Origin: Hyphomicrobiaceae bacterium
GTDB lineage: Bacteria > Pseudomonadota > Alphaproteobacteria > Rhizobiales > Hyphomicrobiaceae
Assembly: GCA_046154645.1 (NCBI GenBank)
Contig: JBJXDZ010000047.1
Coordinates: forward strand, 3,269-67,268
Direction of reading: 5' to 3'
DNA length: 64,000 nucleotides
Below, one piece after another: positions 8,711-17,968 of this stretch (within the stretch, counting starts at the first letter, position 1; each line of letters begins with the position of its first letter). The translations under genes and the position numbers were made by a program. The notes under the pieces are model-generated. The model had not been told where the DNA came from. It saw only the letters and a program-made list of their open reading frames with translations, and searched no databases.

Positions 8711-9553
8711 ATGGCCATCATCGATTCCCAAGTGCATGCCTACGAGCGCAATCATCCAGGCCGCCCCTGGGTCGGCGTCCTCCACGGCCCGCCCGAGGTG
8801 ACCGGCGACGACATGGTGGCGGCGATGGATGCTGTCGGCGTCGATGGCGCCCTGCTGGTCTCGCCCTATGCCATGTACCGCTTCGACGGCAGCTACGCGG
8901 TGGAGGTACACAAGAAGCATCCCGGCCGCTTCGGCCTGATCAAGCCGGTCGACACCACCAATCCGGCCGTGGCCGAGGTGATCGCCGACTGGGCCGCCAC
9001 CGACGGCGTCGTCGGCGTGCGCATCATGATGAACCGCGACCTCTCGACCGACCCGGCGGATCCCGGCATCAATCGCGTCATGGTCGAGGCGGCCAAGCAC
9101 GGCCTGCCGGTCAACGTGCTGGCCTGGGGCCGGCTGGAGCAGGCAGCGGCTGTCGCCGCGCGCAACCCGAACACCTCGATCGTGATCGATCATTGCGGCC
9201 TGCAACAACCGTTCGAGCCGCCCGCCCCGGCACAGCCCTTCGCCGATCTGGCCAAGGTGGTCGCGCTGGCCAAGCTGCCCAACGTCGCCATCAAGATCAG
9301 CGGCGCCTGCACGCTGTCGCACGAGGCCTATCCCTACAACGACATCTGGGAACCCGTGGGCCGCCTCACCGATGCGTTCGGCCTCGACCGCTGCCTCTGG
9401 GGCACCGACTGGACCCGGGCCGTCGCCTTGCTCACGTACGCTCAAGGCGTCGATGCGTTCCGCGTCACCAAGCGCTATTCCGACAGCGACCGTGCCAAGC
9501 TGATGGGGGGATCGCTGGCGCGCATCTACGATTGGTCGCCGTCGAAAGATTGA
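8711..9553 (+). CDS. amidohydrolase family protein (PF04909-like metal-dependent hydrolase)
   Basis: Internal ATG at 8711. Begins MAIIDSQVHAYE and ends with CLWGTDW. Confidence 0.85.
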   Translation: MAIIDSQVHAYERNHPGRPWVGVLHGPPEVTGDDMVAAMDAVGVDGALLVSPYAMYRFDGSYAVEVHKKHPGRFGLIKPVDTTNPAVAEVIADWAATDGVVGVRIMMNRDLSTDPADPGINRVMVEAAKHGLPVNVLAWGRLEQAAAVAARNPNTSIVIDHCGLQQPFEPPAPAQPFADLAKVVALAKLPNVAIKISGACTLSHEAYPYNDIWEPVGRLTDAFGLDRCLWGTDWTRAVALLTYAQGVDAFRVTKRYSDSDRAKLMGGSLARIYDWSPSKD

Positions 9554-9561
9554 GCCGCACC

Positions 9562-9608
9562 AAAAAATGGCAAAGAGCCCCGCAATACATCGCCTGGGGC
9601 TCTTTGTC
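9562..9608 (-). terminator. Rho-independent terminator of the minus-strand ABC operon
   Basis: A 13-bp stem pairs 9569-9581 with 9596-9608 (one G-U pair, 14-nt loop). On the minus strand it is followed by A+TTTTTT (A-run 9562-9567 on plus). It lies 23 nt after the permease stop. Confidence 0.65.
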
Positions 9609-9630
9609 TTCGCTGCTCGTCGTCCGCAGC

Positions 9631-10524
9631 TTAGGTCTGCATGCCCCACTTGCGCACGGTGCGGCCCTCGATGAAGCGGAACACCACGTTCTCGATGAAG
9701 AGACCGATCAGGATCACCGCGAAGAGACCGGCAAACACAGCGGGGATCTCGAGCTGGTTCTTGGCTTCGTAAATGAACCAGCCGAGGCCACCTTTACCTG
9801 ACGCCGCGCCATAGACCAGCTCCGCCGCAATCAGCGTGCGCCAGGCGAAGGCCCAGCCGATCTTGAGGCCGGTGAGGATCGACGGGAACGCCGCCGGGAT
9901 CAGCACCTTGAACACCAGCCGCAAGCCGCCGAGACCATAATTGCGGCCAACCATGCGCATGGTATTCGACACCGAGCGGAAGCCGGAGTGCGTATTCAGC
10001 GCCACGGCCCACAGCACGGAGTGCACGACAACGAAGATGATGCTGTTGTCACCGAGGCCGAACCAGATCAGCGCCAGGGGCAGCAGCGCGATCGCCGGCA
10101 GGGGATTGAACATCGAGGTCAGAAGCTCGAGCAGATCGTTGCCGATCCGGGTGGTGATGGCGAGGGTCGTGAAAACGAAGGCCAGCAACAATCCCGTGCC
10201 ATAGCCTTGCAGTAGCAGGCGCACGGAAGTGGCGACGCGGCCCGGCAATTCACCGGCGGCGATCGCCTCCCAGAATGCCTGCAGAGTGGCGCTGAGCGTC
10301 GGCACCAGCAGCGGATTGTTGAGGCGCTGCGCATACACCTCCCAGATGGCGCCGATGATCAGGAGAATGCCGAGTTTGCGCAGGAAGCCATTGTTGTAGA
10401 GCCGCTCAAAAATCGTCAGCGGCTGTTCGACGACACCGAAATCCTTGGTCAGCTCGCCTTCCAGAACGAACTCGGGACGATGATTGTGGACAGTGGCAGT
10501 CTTCACGACGGGCGTGTCGGTCAT
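9631..10524 (-). CDS. ABC transporter permease (nitrate/sulfonate/bicarbonate, SsuC/TauC-type)
   Basis: 297 aa with multiple TM helices and a BPD_transp_1-like core. The ATG overlaps the ATPase stop (ATGA). Confidence 0.9.
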   Translation of the reverse strand: MTDTPVVKTATVHNHRPEFVLEGELTKDFGVVEQPLTIFERLYNNGFLRKLGILLIIGAIWEVYAQRLNNPLLVPTLSATLQAFWEAIAAGELPGRVATSVRLLLQGYGTGLLLAFVFTTLAITTRIGNDLLELLTSMFNPLPAIALLPLALIWFGLGDNSIIFVVVHSVLWAVALNTHSGFRSVSNTMRMVGRNYGLGGLRLVFKVLIPAAFPSILTGLKIGWAFAWRTLIAAELVYGAASGKGGLGWFIYEAKNQLEIPAVFAGLFAVILIGLFIENVVFRFIEGRTVRKWGMQT

Positions 10525-11393
10525 GACATCGGCCCTCCTGTCACAGGTGGCGCAATTTTGGCGGCCACTGCGGCGGTTGCCGCAGCTTTGACTTTGGCGG
10601 GAGTGCCCGGCGCGGCCATTTCCTCGACCTGATCGGCGAACAGCATGTTGTGAATGCTATCGGAAAGCTTCAAGCCTTTGGCGTCGACAGGATCGGTGCC
10701 GTCGCTGTTCAGCTCCGCCTTCACTTGCCCCGGATGCGGCGACAGCATCAAGATGCGATTGCCGATCAGCACCGCCTCGGGAATCGAGTGCGTCACGAAC
10801 AACATCGTGAACTTGGTGTCGTCCCACAGCTGCAAGAGCTCGTCCTGCATCTTGCGCCGCGTCAGCGCATCGAGCGCCGCGAACGGCTCGTCCATCAGCA
10901 GGATGTCGGGCTCCATGGCCATGGCGCGGGCGATGGCGACGCGCTGCTTCATGCCGCCCGACAGCGTATGCGGGTAGGCGTCGGCGAACTTGGCCAGGTT
11001 CACCTTCTCGATGTACTGCATGGCCCGCTCCTCGGCGGCCTTGCCGCGCAGCGTGCCCGAGGCTTCCAGCCCGAACATGACGTTCTTCTTCACCGTCTTC
11101 CAGGGCAGCAGCTGGTCGAACTCCTGGAACACCATGCAGCGGTCGGGACCGGGTTTGCGGATCACCTGGCCCTTCAGTTTCAGCGTGCCTTCCGTCGGCG
11201 CCATATAGCCGCCTACCGCCTTGAGTAGCGTGGACTTGCCGCAACCCGATGGCCCCAGCAGCACGAAGCGGTCGGACGGGAGCACGTCGAAGCTGACGCG
11301 ATAGGTGGCGGTGACCAGATGCTCCCTGGTCTTGTACTGCAGGGTGACGCCCTTCACCTCCAGCAGCGGCGCCGTCATCGGCATCGAGTTCAC
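10521..11393 (-). CDS. ABC transporter ATP-binding protein (SsuB/TauB-type)
   Basis: Walker A GPSGCGKST, signature LSGGMKQR and Walker B LLMDEPF. GTG at 11393 has GGAG 8 nt upstream. Alternative ATGs are at 11384 and 11378. Confidence 0.9.
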   Translation of the reverse strand: MNSMPMTAPLLEVKGVTLQYKTREHLVTATYRVSFDVLPSDRFVLLGPSGCGKSTLLKAVGGYMAPTEGTLKLKGQVIRKPGPDRCMVFQEFDQLLPWKTVKKNVMFGLEASGTLRGKAAEERAMQYIEKVNLAKFADAYPHTLSGGMKQRVAIARAMAMEPDILLMDEPFAALDALTRRKMQDELLQLWDDTKFTMLFVTHSIPEAVLIGNRILMLSPHPGQVKAELNSDGTDPVDAKGLKLSDSIHNMLFADQVEEMAAPGTPAKVKAAATAAVAAKIAPPVTGGPMS

Positions 11394-11490
11394 GGGGCTC
11401 ACTCCATCGGCTGTAGGATCGGGGTGCACCGAGACTCGGCTGTGTTCGAGGGTGCACCCCATCTGACCCTGACCTGTAACGACTTCGGCT

Positions 11491-12504
11491 TCAGCTGCCA
11501 GCCAGCCCATGTGCCTCGGGGAAGAACATGTCCTTCCAGGTGTCCGGCTTGGTCTTGACCACGCCGACCGAGTGCATGAATTCCATCACCTTGTAGACCT
11601 GCTTCGGCACCTTGGTGAATTCCAGGTCCTTGGAGCTGACCAGCGCCGTCACCTCGTCCTCGCTGAGGCGCTTCTCCTTCGACATCTCAATGAAGAGCTT
11701 GGCCGTGCGCCGCTTGTCGGCATCAATCCAGGCGAACGCCTCGTCGAAAGCCTTGTTGACGGCGGCGAAAACCTGCGGGTTCTCCTTGCGGAACTTCTCG
11801 TTGCTGGTGAACGTGAGGCCGCAGAAGGGGCCGCCCATGATGTCGAAGGCGGTGATCACGGTCTTCAGGCCGGCCTTCATCTCACCCTCGTGGAACGGCG
11901 AGGTGGCGAAGTGCGTGGTGATCTCGTGGTTCGGGCTGGTGACCGCGGCCAAGGCCTCGGGGTGCGGCAAGGCGACGATGATATGATCGAGCTTGGTGTG
12001 CTGGCCTTTGCCCCAGACCTGCTCGCAGGCCATGTGCATCATCAGGGCCTGAGTGGACACCTTCAGCGAGGGAATCGCGATCCGGTCCTTCTCGGTGAAA
12101 TCCTTCAGCGACTTGACGTTGGGGTTCTTGGTGTTGAGCCAGATGTTGTTGTTGGCGACCGAGCCCAACGCCTTGACGCCGATGTTGCTGCGTGTGCGGT
12201 CCCAGATCACGGCCATGGACGGCACGCCCTGGCAGGCAAAGTGCAGGCTGCCGGAGATCATGGCGTCGTTGAGGGCGGCCGGACCACCGAGCTTGGCCCA
12301 CTTGACCTTGGTGTCCTTGAGGCCGGCAGCGGCGAGATGCTTCTCAACCAGCTTCTCGGCTTCCATGACCATGGCCGGAATGTAGACGGCGCCGAACTGC
12401 TGGCCGAGCACCACCTCGGCCACCTCGGCCCGCGCTGGACCGGCGACGGCGGCCATGGCCACGCCGGTGGCGCCTGTGACTACCGTGCGTCGTGATAACG
12501 TCAT
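11491..12504 (-). CDS. ABC transporter substrate-binding protein (NMT1/THI5, SsuA-like)
   Basis: Signal peptide MTLSRRTVVTGATGVAMAAVAGPARA. NMT1-like body. Paralogous to the next gene. Confidence 0.85.
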   Translation of the reverse strand: MTLSRRTVVTGATGVAMAAVAGPARAEVAEVVLGQQFGAVYIPAMVMEAEKLVEKHLAAAGLKDTKVKWAKLGGPAALNDAMISGSLHFACQGVPSMAVIWDRTRSNIGVKALGSVANNNIWLNTKNPNVKSLKDFTEKDRIAIPSLKVSTQALMMHMACEQVWGKGQHTKLDHIIVALPHPEALAAVTSPNHEITTHFATSPFHEGEMKAGLKTVITAFDIMGGPFCGLTFTSNEKFRKENPQVFAAVNKAFDEAFAWIDADKRRTAKLFIEMSKEKRLSEDEVTALVSSKDLEFTKVPKQVYKVMEFMHSVGVVKTKPDTWKDMFFPEAHGLAGS

Positions 12505-12648
12505 CTGAATGTCTCCCTTTGGCTGTGATTTTTGGCGTCCCGGCTCAGGTGGCCGTGGTTGTGGTGGTTTCCCGGAGAGGGCAACACGCCTCGTCCAGAG
12601 TCACGCGGCTGATAGCACGCAAGCGAGCGAAAATCGAGGCGCGGGCCG

Positions 12649-13659
12649 TCAGCTGCCCTCGCGGTCATGCAGCAGAGGGAAGAAATAGTCTTTCCAGCTC
12701 TTGGGATGCGGCTTGATGAAACCGGCCTTGGCCATATAGTCCGCATAAACCATGGTGCGCACCGGTGCGGCCTGGAAGATGGCGCCGGGCTGCGTGAGCA
12801 ACTGCACCACATCCTCCGCGGTCGCCTTCTCCTTGACCAACTGCAGATAGGTCACTGCCACCGTCTTCGGATCGTTCTTGATCATGGCGACGGCTTCATC
12901 GTAGGCGGCCAGGAAGGCGCGCACCGTCTTTGGGTTCTCGTCGTAGAACCTGGTAATGGCGTAGGCCAACGCCACGTGAGCGTCGCCGCCGAGGGCATCC
13001 TTGGATTCAAGTACGGTGCGGATCGCCGGATCCTTGAGGGCGATCTCCTGGAAGGGCGACGCCGCAAAATGACTGGTCACCTCGTGACCCGGATTCATGA
13101 GGGCAGCGAGTGCATCGGGATGTCCCATCTGCACCTGATTGGCCAGCAGCTTCTCGTTGGCCTTGTCATCGCCGTAGACCTTTTGCAGCGCAATACCGAG
13201 CGTGATCGCCTGCATCGACATGCGCACCGTCGGCAACGCAATGCGGTCCTTAGCGGTGTAGTCCTTGATAGTCTTGATGTTCGGATTACGCGTGATCAGC
13301 TTGAACGGCAGCCCGCTGATGCCCTGGAAGGCTTTGACGTTGCCATTGGTCTTGCCCCAGAGCAGCAGCATGTTGGAGACGCCGCTGGTGACCACCTGCA
13401 CGTTGCCCGAGAGCAGCGCGTCATTGGCGGCGCCCCCCGACAGCAGAGTGACCCACTCCACCTTGACGTCGAGACCCGCCGCCTTGGCGTGCTTCTCGAC
13501 GAGCTTATGATGCTCCATCAGCAGCGTGGGGGTGAACAGCAACCCCGGCTGCTTGGTGATTTTCAGCTCGGCCACCTCGGCCAGCGCCGGGCACGTCGCC
13601 AGCACGGCGGTGGCGAAGGCTGCCAGCGCGTGCTTCCAAGCCACTTTGAACCCTGACAT
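12649..13659 (-). CDS. ABC transporter substrate-binding protein (NMT1/THI5, SsuA-like), second copy
   Basis: Signal peptide MSGFKVAWKHALAAFATAVLATCPALA. GGGAGA lies 7 nt upstream of the ATG at 13659. Colinear similarity to 11491..12504, for example HKLVEKH/EKLVEKH and IALPT/IAIPS. Confidence 0.85.
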   Translation of the reverse strand: MSGFKVAWKHALAAFATAVLATCPALAEVAELKITKQPGLLFTPTLLMEHHKLVEKHAKAAGLDVKVEWVTLLSGGAANDALLSGNVQVVTSGVSNMLLLWGKTNGNVKAFQGISGLPFKLITRNPNIKTIKDYTAKDRIALPTVRMSMQAITLGIALQKVYGDDKANEKLLANQVQMGHPDALAALMNPGHEVTSHFAASPFQEIALKDPAIRTVLESKDALGGDAHVALAYAITRFYDENPKTVRAFLAAYDEAVAMIKNDPKTVAVTYLQLVKEKATAEDVVQLLTQPGAIFQAAPVRTMVYADYMAKAGFIKPHPKSWKDYFFPLLHDREGS

Positions 13660-13856
13660 TGCGTGTCTCCCGACAGAATACATTGGCTGCACCGTGTGAC
13701 CCGGCGCTTGTATCTGCTCGGCAGAATGGACTTCCTCGGCGACCGATGCAAGACGGCTCCGAACGCCACGGCAGCTCGGACACGGCGGTCCCGACTGGTC
13801 CTCGCCGCGAGGCTTGGCGCTGGAATTGGGCCGCGACGCCCAACGGAACGCCGACG

Positions 13857-14579
13857 TCAGGACTTTTTCGATGCCTCGTAGCGCGCCTTCGTCTCCGCGT
13901 TCATCGGGTACAATCCCGGCAAGGCCACGCCTTTCTCAACTTCGTTCATGATCCAGGCTTCCTGCCGCTCCTGCTCGGGCGCGGCGGCGACCACCTCGTC
14001 GACCAGCTTCTGCGGGATCAGGACGGCGCCGTCGTCGTCGACGACGATGACGTCATCGGGGAACACGGCAACGCCGCCACAAGCGATCGGCTGCTGCCAA
14101 CCAGTAAACGTGAGGGCGGCGACCGAAGGTGGCGCTGCGCCGCCGCGGCACCACACCGGCAGCTTGGTGCCAAGCACACCGGCCAGATCCCGCACCACGC
14201 CGTCCGTGACCAGTCCCGCGACGCCACGCTTTTTCATACGGGCGCAGAGGATATCGCCGAAGATACCGGCATCGGTGACGTTCATGGCGTCGGCCACGGC
14301 GATGCATCCGGCCGGCATGGCCTCGATGGCGGCCCGGGTCGAGATCGGCGAGGCCCACGATTCAGGCGTCGCCAGATCCTCGCGTGCCGGCACGAACCGC
14401 AAGGTGAAGGCACGGCCGACGAGGCGCGGCTGGCCTTTTGCAAGGGGCACCGTGCCGCGCATCCACACATTACGCAGCCCCTTCTTCAACAGGATCGTGG
14501 TGATCGTCGCCGTGGTGATCACTTCGAGCGTCTTGACGATTTTGTTGTCGAGCGGGATCGGCGTGTGGACTGCGGTCAT
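13857..14579 (-). CDS. RraA family protein (HMG/CHA aldolase-like)
   Basis: Internal ATG at 14579 (MTAVHTPIPL...). RraA-like core TTILLKKGLRNVWMRG ... DVIVVDDDGAVLIP. Confidence 0.82.
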   Translation of the reverse strand: MTAVHTPIPLDNKIVKTLEVITTATITTILLKKGLRNVWMRGTVPLAKGQPRLVGRAFTLRFVPAREDLATPESWASPISTRAAIEAMPAGCIAVADAMNVTDAGIFGDILCARMKKRGVAGLVTDGVVRDLAGVLGTKLPVWCRGGAAPPSVAALTFTGWQQPIACGGVAVFPDDVIVVDDDGAVLIPQKLVDEVVAAAPEQERQEAWIMNEVEKGVALPGLYPMNAETKARYEASKKS

Positions 14580-14682
14580 GGTGGCGTTCCTGCGGGCTGG
14601 CACGGTTTCGGATCGGGTCGGGAGCCCTTTAAGCAGAGTTACATCGGCCCGCCAACTCTCAGGCGTGCGTCCGCACCGTCGC

Positions 14683-15039
14683 TCAGCGCCCGAGTACCGA
14701 CTTGACGAGGCGTGGATTGCGGACTTTCAGCTCCGCCAAAATGTGGGCACGCAGCCGCTGCCGCAGTTCAGGGTCCTTCTCGTCATTGACGTCGCCAGCC
14801 CGGATATCGGCGGCCAGCCGCTTCAGCGTGCCATCGCCATCGTCGTAGATGGTATCGAGCAGGGCGAACTGCGCTTCCTCGGCTTCCCCCGTGATGTCGC
14901 GCCGCGCAATTTCCAGCGCGTTGACCATCATGGCTGCGAGATAGCGCTTGTCGGCCGGCAGAGCCGGTGCGATCTCCCCTTTCAGCGCCTCCGTGACAAG
15001 ATCGAGCAACGCGTCGGCCCCAAGCGTCTGGCGTGCCAT
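14683..15039 (-). CDS. small conserved protein (DUF6285-like), partner of the upstream phosphotransferase
   Basis: 118 aa, MARQTLGADALLDLVTEALKGEIAPALPADKRYLAAMMVNALEIARRDI... The ATG overlaps the kinase stop by 1 nt (TGATG). Confidence 0.65.
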   Translation of the reverse strand: MARQTLGADALLDLVTEALKGEIAPALPADKRYLAAMMVNALEIARRDITGEAEEAQFALLDTIYDDGDGTLKRLAADIRAGDVNDEKDPELRQRLRAHILAELKVRNPRLVKSVLGR

Positions 15040-16098
15040 CAGCGTCCTCCCTTGCTCTCGATACGGGCTATGAGATCGAGCGCGTCCAACTCCATTTCCG
15101 GCGGCATCAAGCCCGTCAGTGCCAGTTCCAGCGAGCGCTCACCGCCTTTGACGAAACGGTCACCCTGCGCCAGCGCAATCGTCGCCCACCGTGCCGCCGC
15201 CTGCACCTCGAAGTACTGCAATTCCGGTGCGGTGATCTTCACTGGCGAATGCTCGTTGTAGCCCTCGAGCAGAAACGCCAGCTTGGCGATGCCGCCCGCC
15301 ACCTTGGCGTCGTTGCCAAAGCGCCAGCAGCGCGCAATGAACCAGCCGAGATCCTCGCGCGGATCACCCCAATGGCAGAACTCCCAGTCCAGAATGGCGG
15401 TAAGCCTGCCGCCATCGATCATATAGTTGCCGGTACGCAGATCGCCGTGCACCAGCGTGGTGAGTTTGGGCTCCGGCGCGGTCTTGTCCAGCCAGGCCAG
15501 CACATACTCCAGCGCGGGCCGCGGCGCACTGGCCTTGTCCAGCACCGCCCGGCATTCCCCGACGATGCGCCGCGACGGATTGCCGAGCGGGCGCGGCAGG
15601 AACGGCAGCACGCCGTCTTTCGGCAGCACGGAATGCAGCTTTGCCATCTCGGCGCCGATGTCGCGGGCAAGCGTATCCCCGAACGTCGCCAACTCCGGAT
15701 CGCGCACGATGCGCCGGCCCTGCGCCATGCCGGTGACGAACTGCTGCACGGCGAACGGCGCGCCAATGAGGCCAGCATCGTCACACACCGCGATTGGTTC
15801 GGCCACTTTGACGCCGGCAGCATGCGCTGCAGCGATACAGCGGAACTCAGCCATGCGGTCCAAGCTGACGGAGAGCACCGCCGCCGCATTCGTGCGCAAG
15901 ACCCAGCTGTGGGCACCTGCCCGTTTGCCGCCGTCGACCGTCACTTCGAGTCGCCAGTTCTGCTGCACCGCGCCACCCGTCAGCAGCGATGCGGCCGTCA
16001 CAGTCACACGCGACGCGCCAAGCTCCCGCGCCAGCCACGCGCCGAGCGCCACGCGCCGCGTTTCGTCGTCCAGCGCGCGTTTCGGTGTCTCGGTCATC
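15039..16098 (-). CDS. phosphotransferase family protein (APH/choline-kinase fold)
   Basis: ATG at 16098 (MTETPKRALDD...), 8 nt after the SDR stop. Contains the catalytic loop HGDLRTGNYMID and ILDWEF. Confidence 0.85.
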
Positions 16099-16105
16099 CT
16101 GTCCC

Positions 16106-16876
16106 TTACTCCGTCGGCAACAGGTGGCCGCCATCGACCACGATCGTGCTGCCCGTCATGAAAGAGCCAGCCTTCGAGGCCAGCAGCAGCAGTGGCCCAT
16201 CCAACTCGTTGACCTGTCCGAGACGGCGCATCGGCACGTGCGCGATCATGCGCTTGCCCGCTTCGGTATCCCAGAAGCTGTCGTTGAGTTCGGTCGCAAT
16301 GTAGCCCGGCGCCAGCGCGTTGACGCGCACCTTGTCGCGCGCCAACTCCAAGGCCATGGTCCGCGTCAAGGCGAGCACGGCCGCTTTCGAGGCCGCATAG
16401 GCGCCGAGCGTCTTGATGGCGCCAAGCCCGACGATCGACGCGATGTTGACGATCGAGCCGCCTTTGCCGCCCGTCACCATGCGCCGGGCTGCCTCTTGTC
16501 CGACCCGGAACACGCCATCGAGATTGACGTCCATGACCGAGCGCCACTGCTGCTCGCTCATACGCGTGATGAAGGCTGGATCGGTGATGCCGGCATTGTT
16601 GACCACGATGCCAAGCGGTCCCAGCGCCGCCTCCGCCGCGTCGAAACAGGCCTTCACCGACGCCGGTTGCGTTACATCCAGCGCCACGGCATGCGCCGTG
16701 CCGCCATTGGCCTTGATGCGGGCCGCCAGCGCCTCCAGCCGGTCGACGCGCCGTGCCGCAATCGCCACCTTGGCACCGGCCTTGGCCAGCACCAACGCAA
16801 AGTGTTCGCCGAGACCCGACGAGGCACCGGTCACCAGCGCCGTTTCACCCGCGAGAGAGAATGTATCTGTGGTCAT
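16106..16876 (-). CDS. SDR family oxidoreductase
   Basis: Contains TGASSGLG, NNAG and YAASKAA. Confidence 0.9.
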   Translation of the reverse strand: MTTDTFSLAGETALVTGASSGLGEHFALVLAKAGAKVAIAARRVDRLEALAARIKANGGTAHAVALDVTQPASVKACFDAAEAALGPLGIVVNNAGITDPAFITRMSEQQWRSVMDVNLDGVFRVGQEAARRMVTGGKGGSIVNIASIVGLGAIKTLGAYAASKAAVLALTRTMALELARDKVRVNALAPGYIATELNDSFWDTEAGKRMIAHVPMRRLGQVNELDGPLLLLASKAGSFMTGSTIVVDGGHLLPTE

Positions 16877-16970
16877 GTCATGCTGCTTTCCACTTTCCCC
16901 TGTTCTTTACGGGGAGAGCGATGGCGTGGAGGGTGGCAGACAGCGGTAGCCCTCCACTGTCTTCCCGGAA

Positions 16971-17031
16971 GTCGTACGCGCGCTGTCTGTGGCGCCGATG
17001 GTTGCCAAGTGGCAATCAGCGCGCGTACGAC
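16971..17031. repeat. perfect 15-bp inverted repeat enclosing a second 6-bp palindrome
   Basis: GTCGTACGCGCGCTG (16971-16985) pairs with CAGCGCGCGTACGAC (17017-17031). The 31-nt loop contains TTGCCA-AG-TGGCAA (17002-17015). Confidence 0.85.
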
Positions 17032-17253
17032 TATCTGGGATCTCGCCGTCTCGGACAAGGCTCAGAGATCCGCCCCAAAAACCGCTCTTGCCCCTGGTCC
17101 GCGCATCATCGGTCGGCTTGTCCTGACCGGCAAGATCCCGGCTCTTTGTCGCGCCACGCGACGGTGGCGCAGCCTCGGCCGGGAAGACAAGCGGAGCGGT
17201 GGCAAGCGTGATGAAGAGGCGGGCTGACGGGGGCCGATCTCACGTGACGTGTC

Positions 17254-17766
17254 TCAGAACTTACCGACGTAGTCGCCTTTGCCGACCTCGACGCCATTGT
17301 GGCGCAGGATGTTGTAGGCCGTGGTGATGTGGAAATAAAAGTGCGGATAGGCGTGCGTCATCAAGTATTGATGACCCTTCAGGGTTTTCGGCTGGCCACC
17401 GATGGTCAGCGCGATGTCCTTCATCTCGGAACCGTCGATCTGCGCCGGCTTGAATGAACCGACATAGTCGATCGACTTCTGCAGGCGCGCACGCAGTTCG
17501 GGAAGCGTCTTCTCGTTGTCCTCCCACTTCGGCGCATCCTTGTCGACGCCGGCGAGGCGCGCCGCCGCCATCTTCGCCATATCGGACGCGATCTGCACCT
17601 GCCGCTTCAGCGGGAACATATCGGGAGCCAGGCGATCGTTGGCCAGCACTTCGGGATCGATCTTTTTCGCCGCGCAGTGCGCTTCGGCCTTCTCGATGAT
17701 GCCAATCAGGTTCTTCATCAGGCGCTGCATGACAGGAACAGACGTCTGGTACATGGACACGGACAT
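17254..17766 (-). CDS. DUF1993 domain-containing protein
   Basis: MSVSMYQTSVPVMQRLMKNLIGIIEKAEAHCAAKKIDPEVLANDRLAPDMFPLKRQVQIASD..., the typical DUF1993 N-terminus. ATG at 17766. Confidence 0.8.
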   Translation of the reverse strand: MSVSMYQTSVPVMQRLMKNLIGIIEKAEAHCAAKKIDPEVLANDRLAPDMFPLKRQVQIASDMAKMAAARLAGVDKDAPKWEDNEKTLPELRARLQKSIDYVGSFKPAQIDGSEMKDIALTIGGQPKTLKGHQYLMTHAYPHFYFHITTAYNILRHNGVEVGKGDYVGKF

Positions 17767-17968
17767 GGGGTGGCCTCGCAATTGTGAATACGGCCCGCGA
17801 GCAGCGGGTCGGCCGGCATATAAGCGGCTTTGGGCCCATGGCGCAAACCCCACTGCCGGAGAGCAAGCCTCGACACCGCAAGGCCTGCCTATTCAAGGTT
17901 GCTGGCAAGCGGCGTTCTGCTGGATACTTGGAGTACCGCGAGACTGCCCCCAACGATCCGGACGTGCC

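Noticed and set aside
17010-17024. TGGCAA-N5-GCGC inside the nested palindrome considered as a sigma54 -24/-12 promoter
   Set aside because: The GG and GC spacing fits, but the -12 element lacks the TTGC context. The orientation points away from any plus-strand gene.
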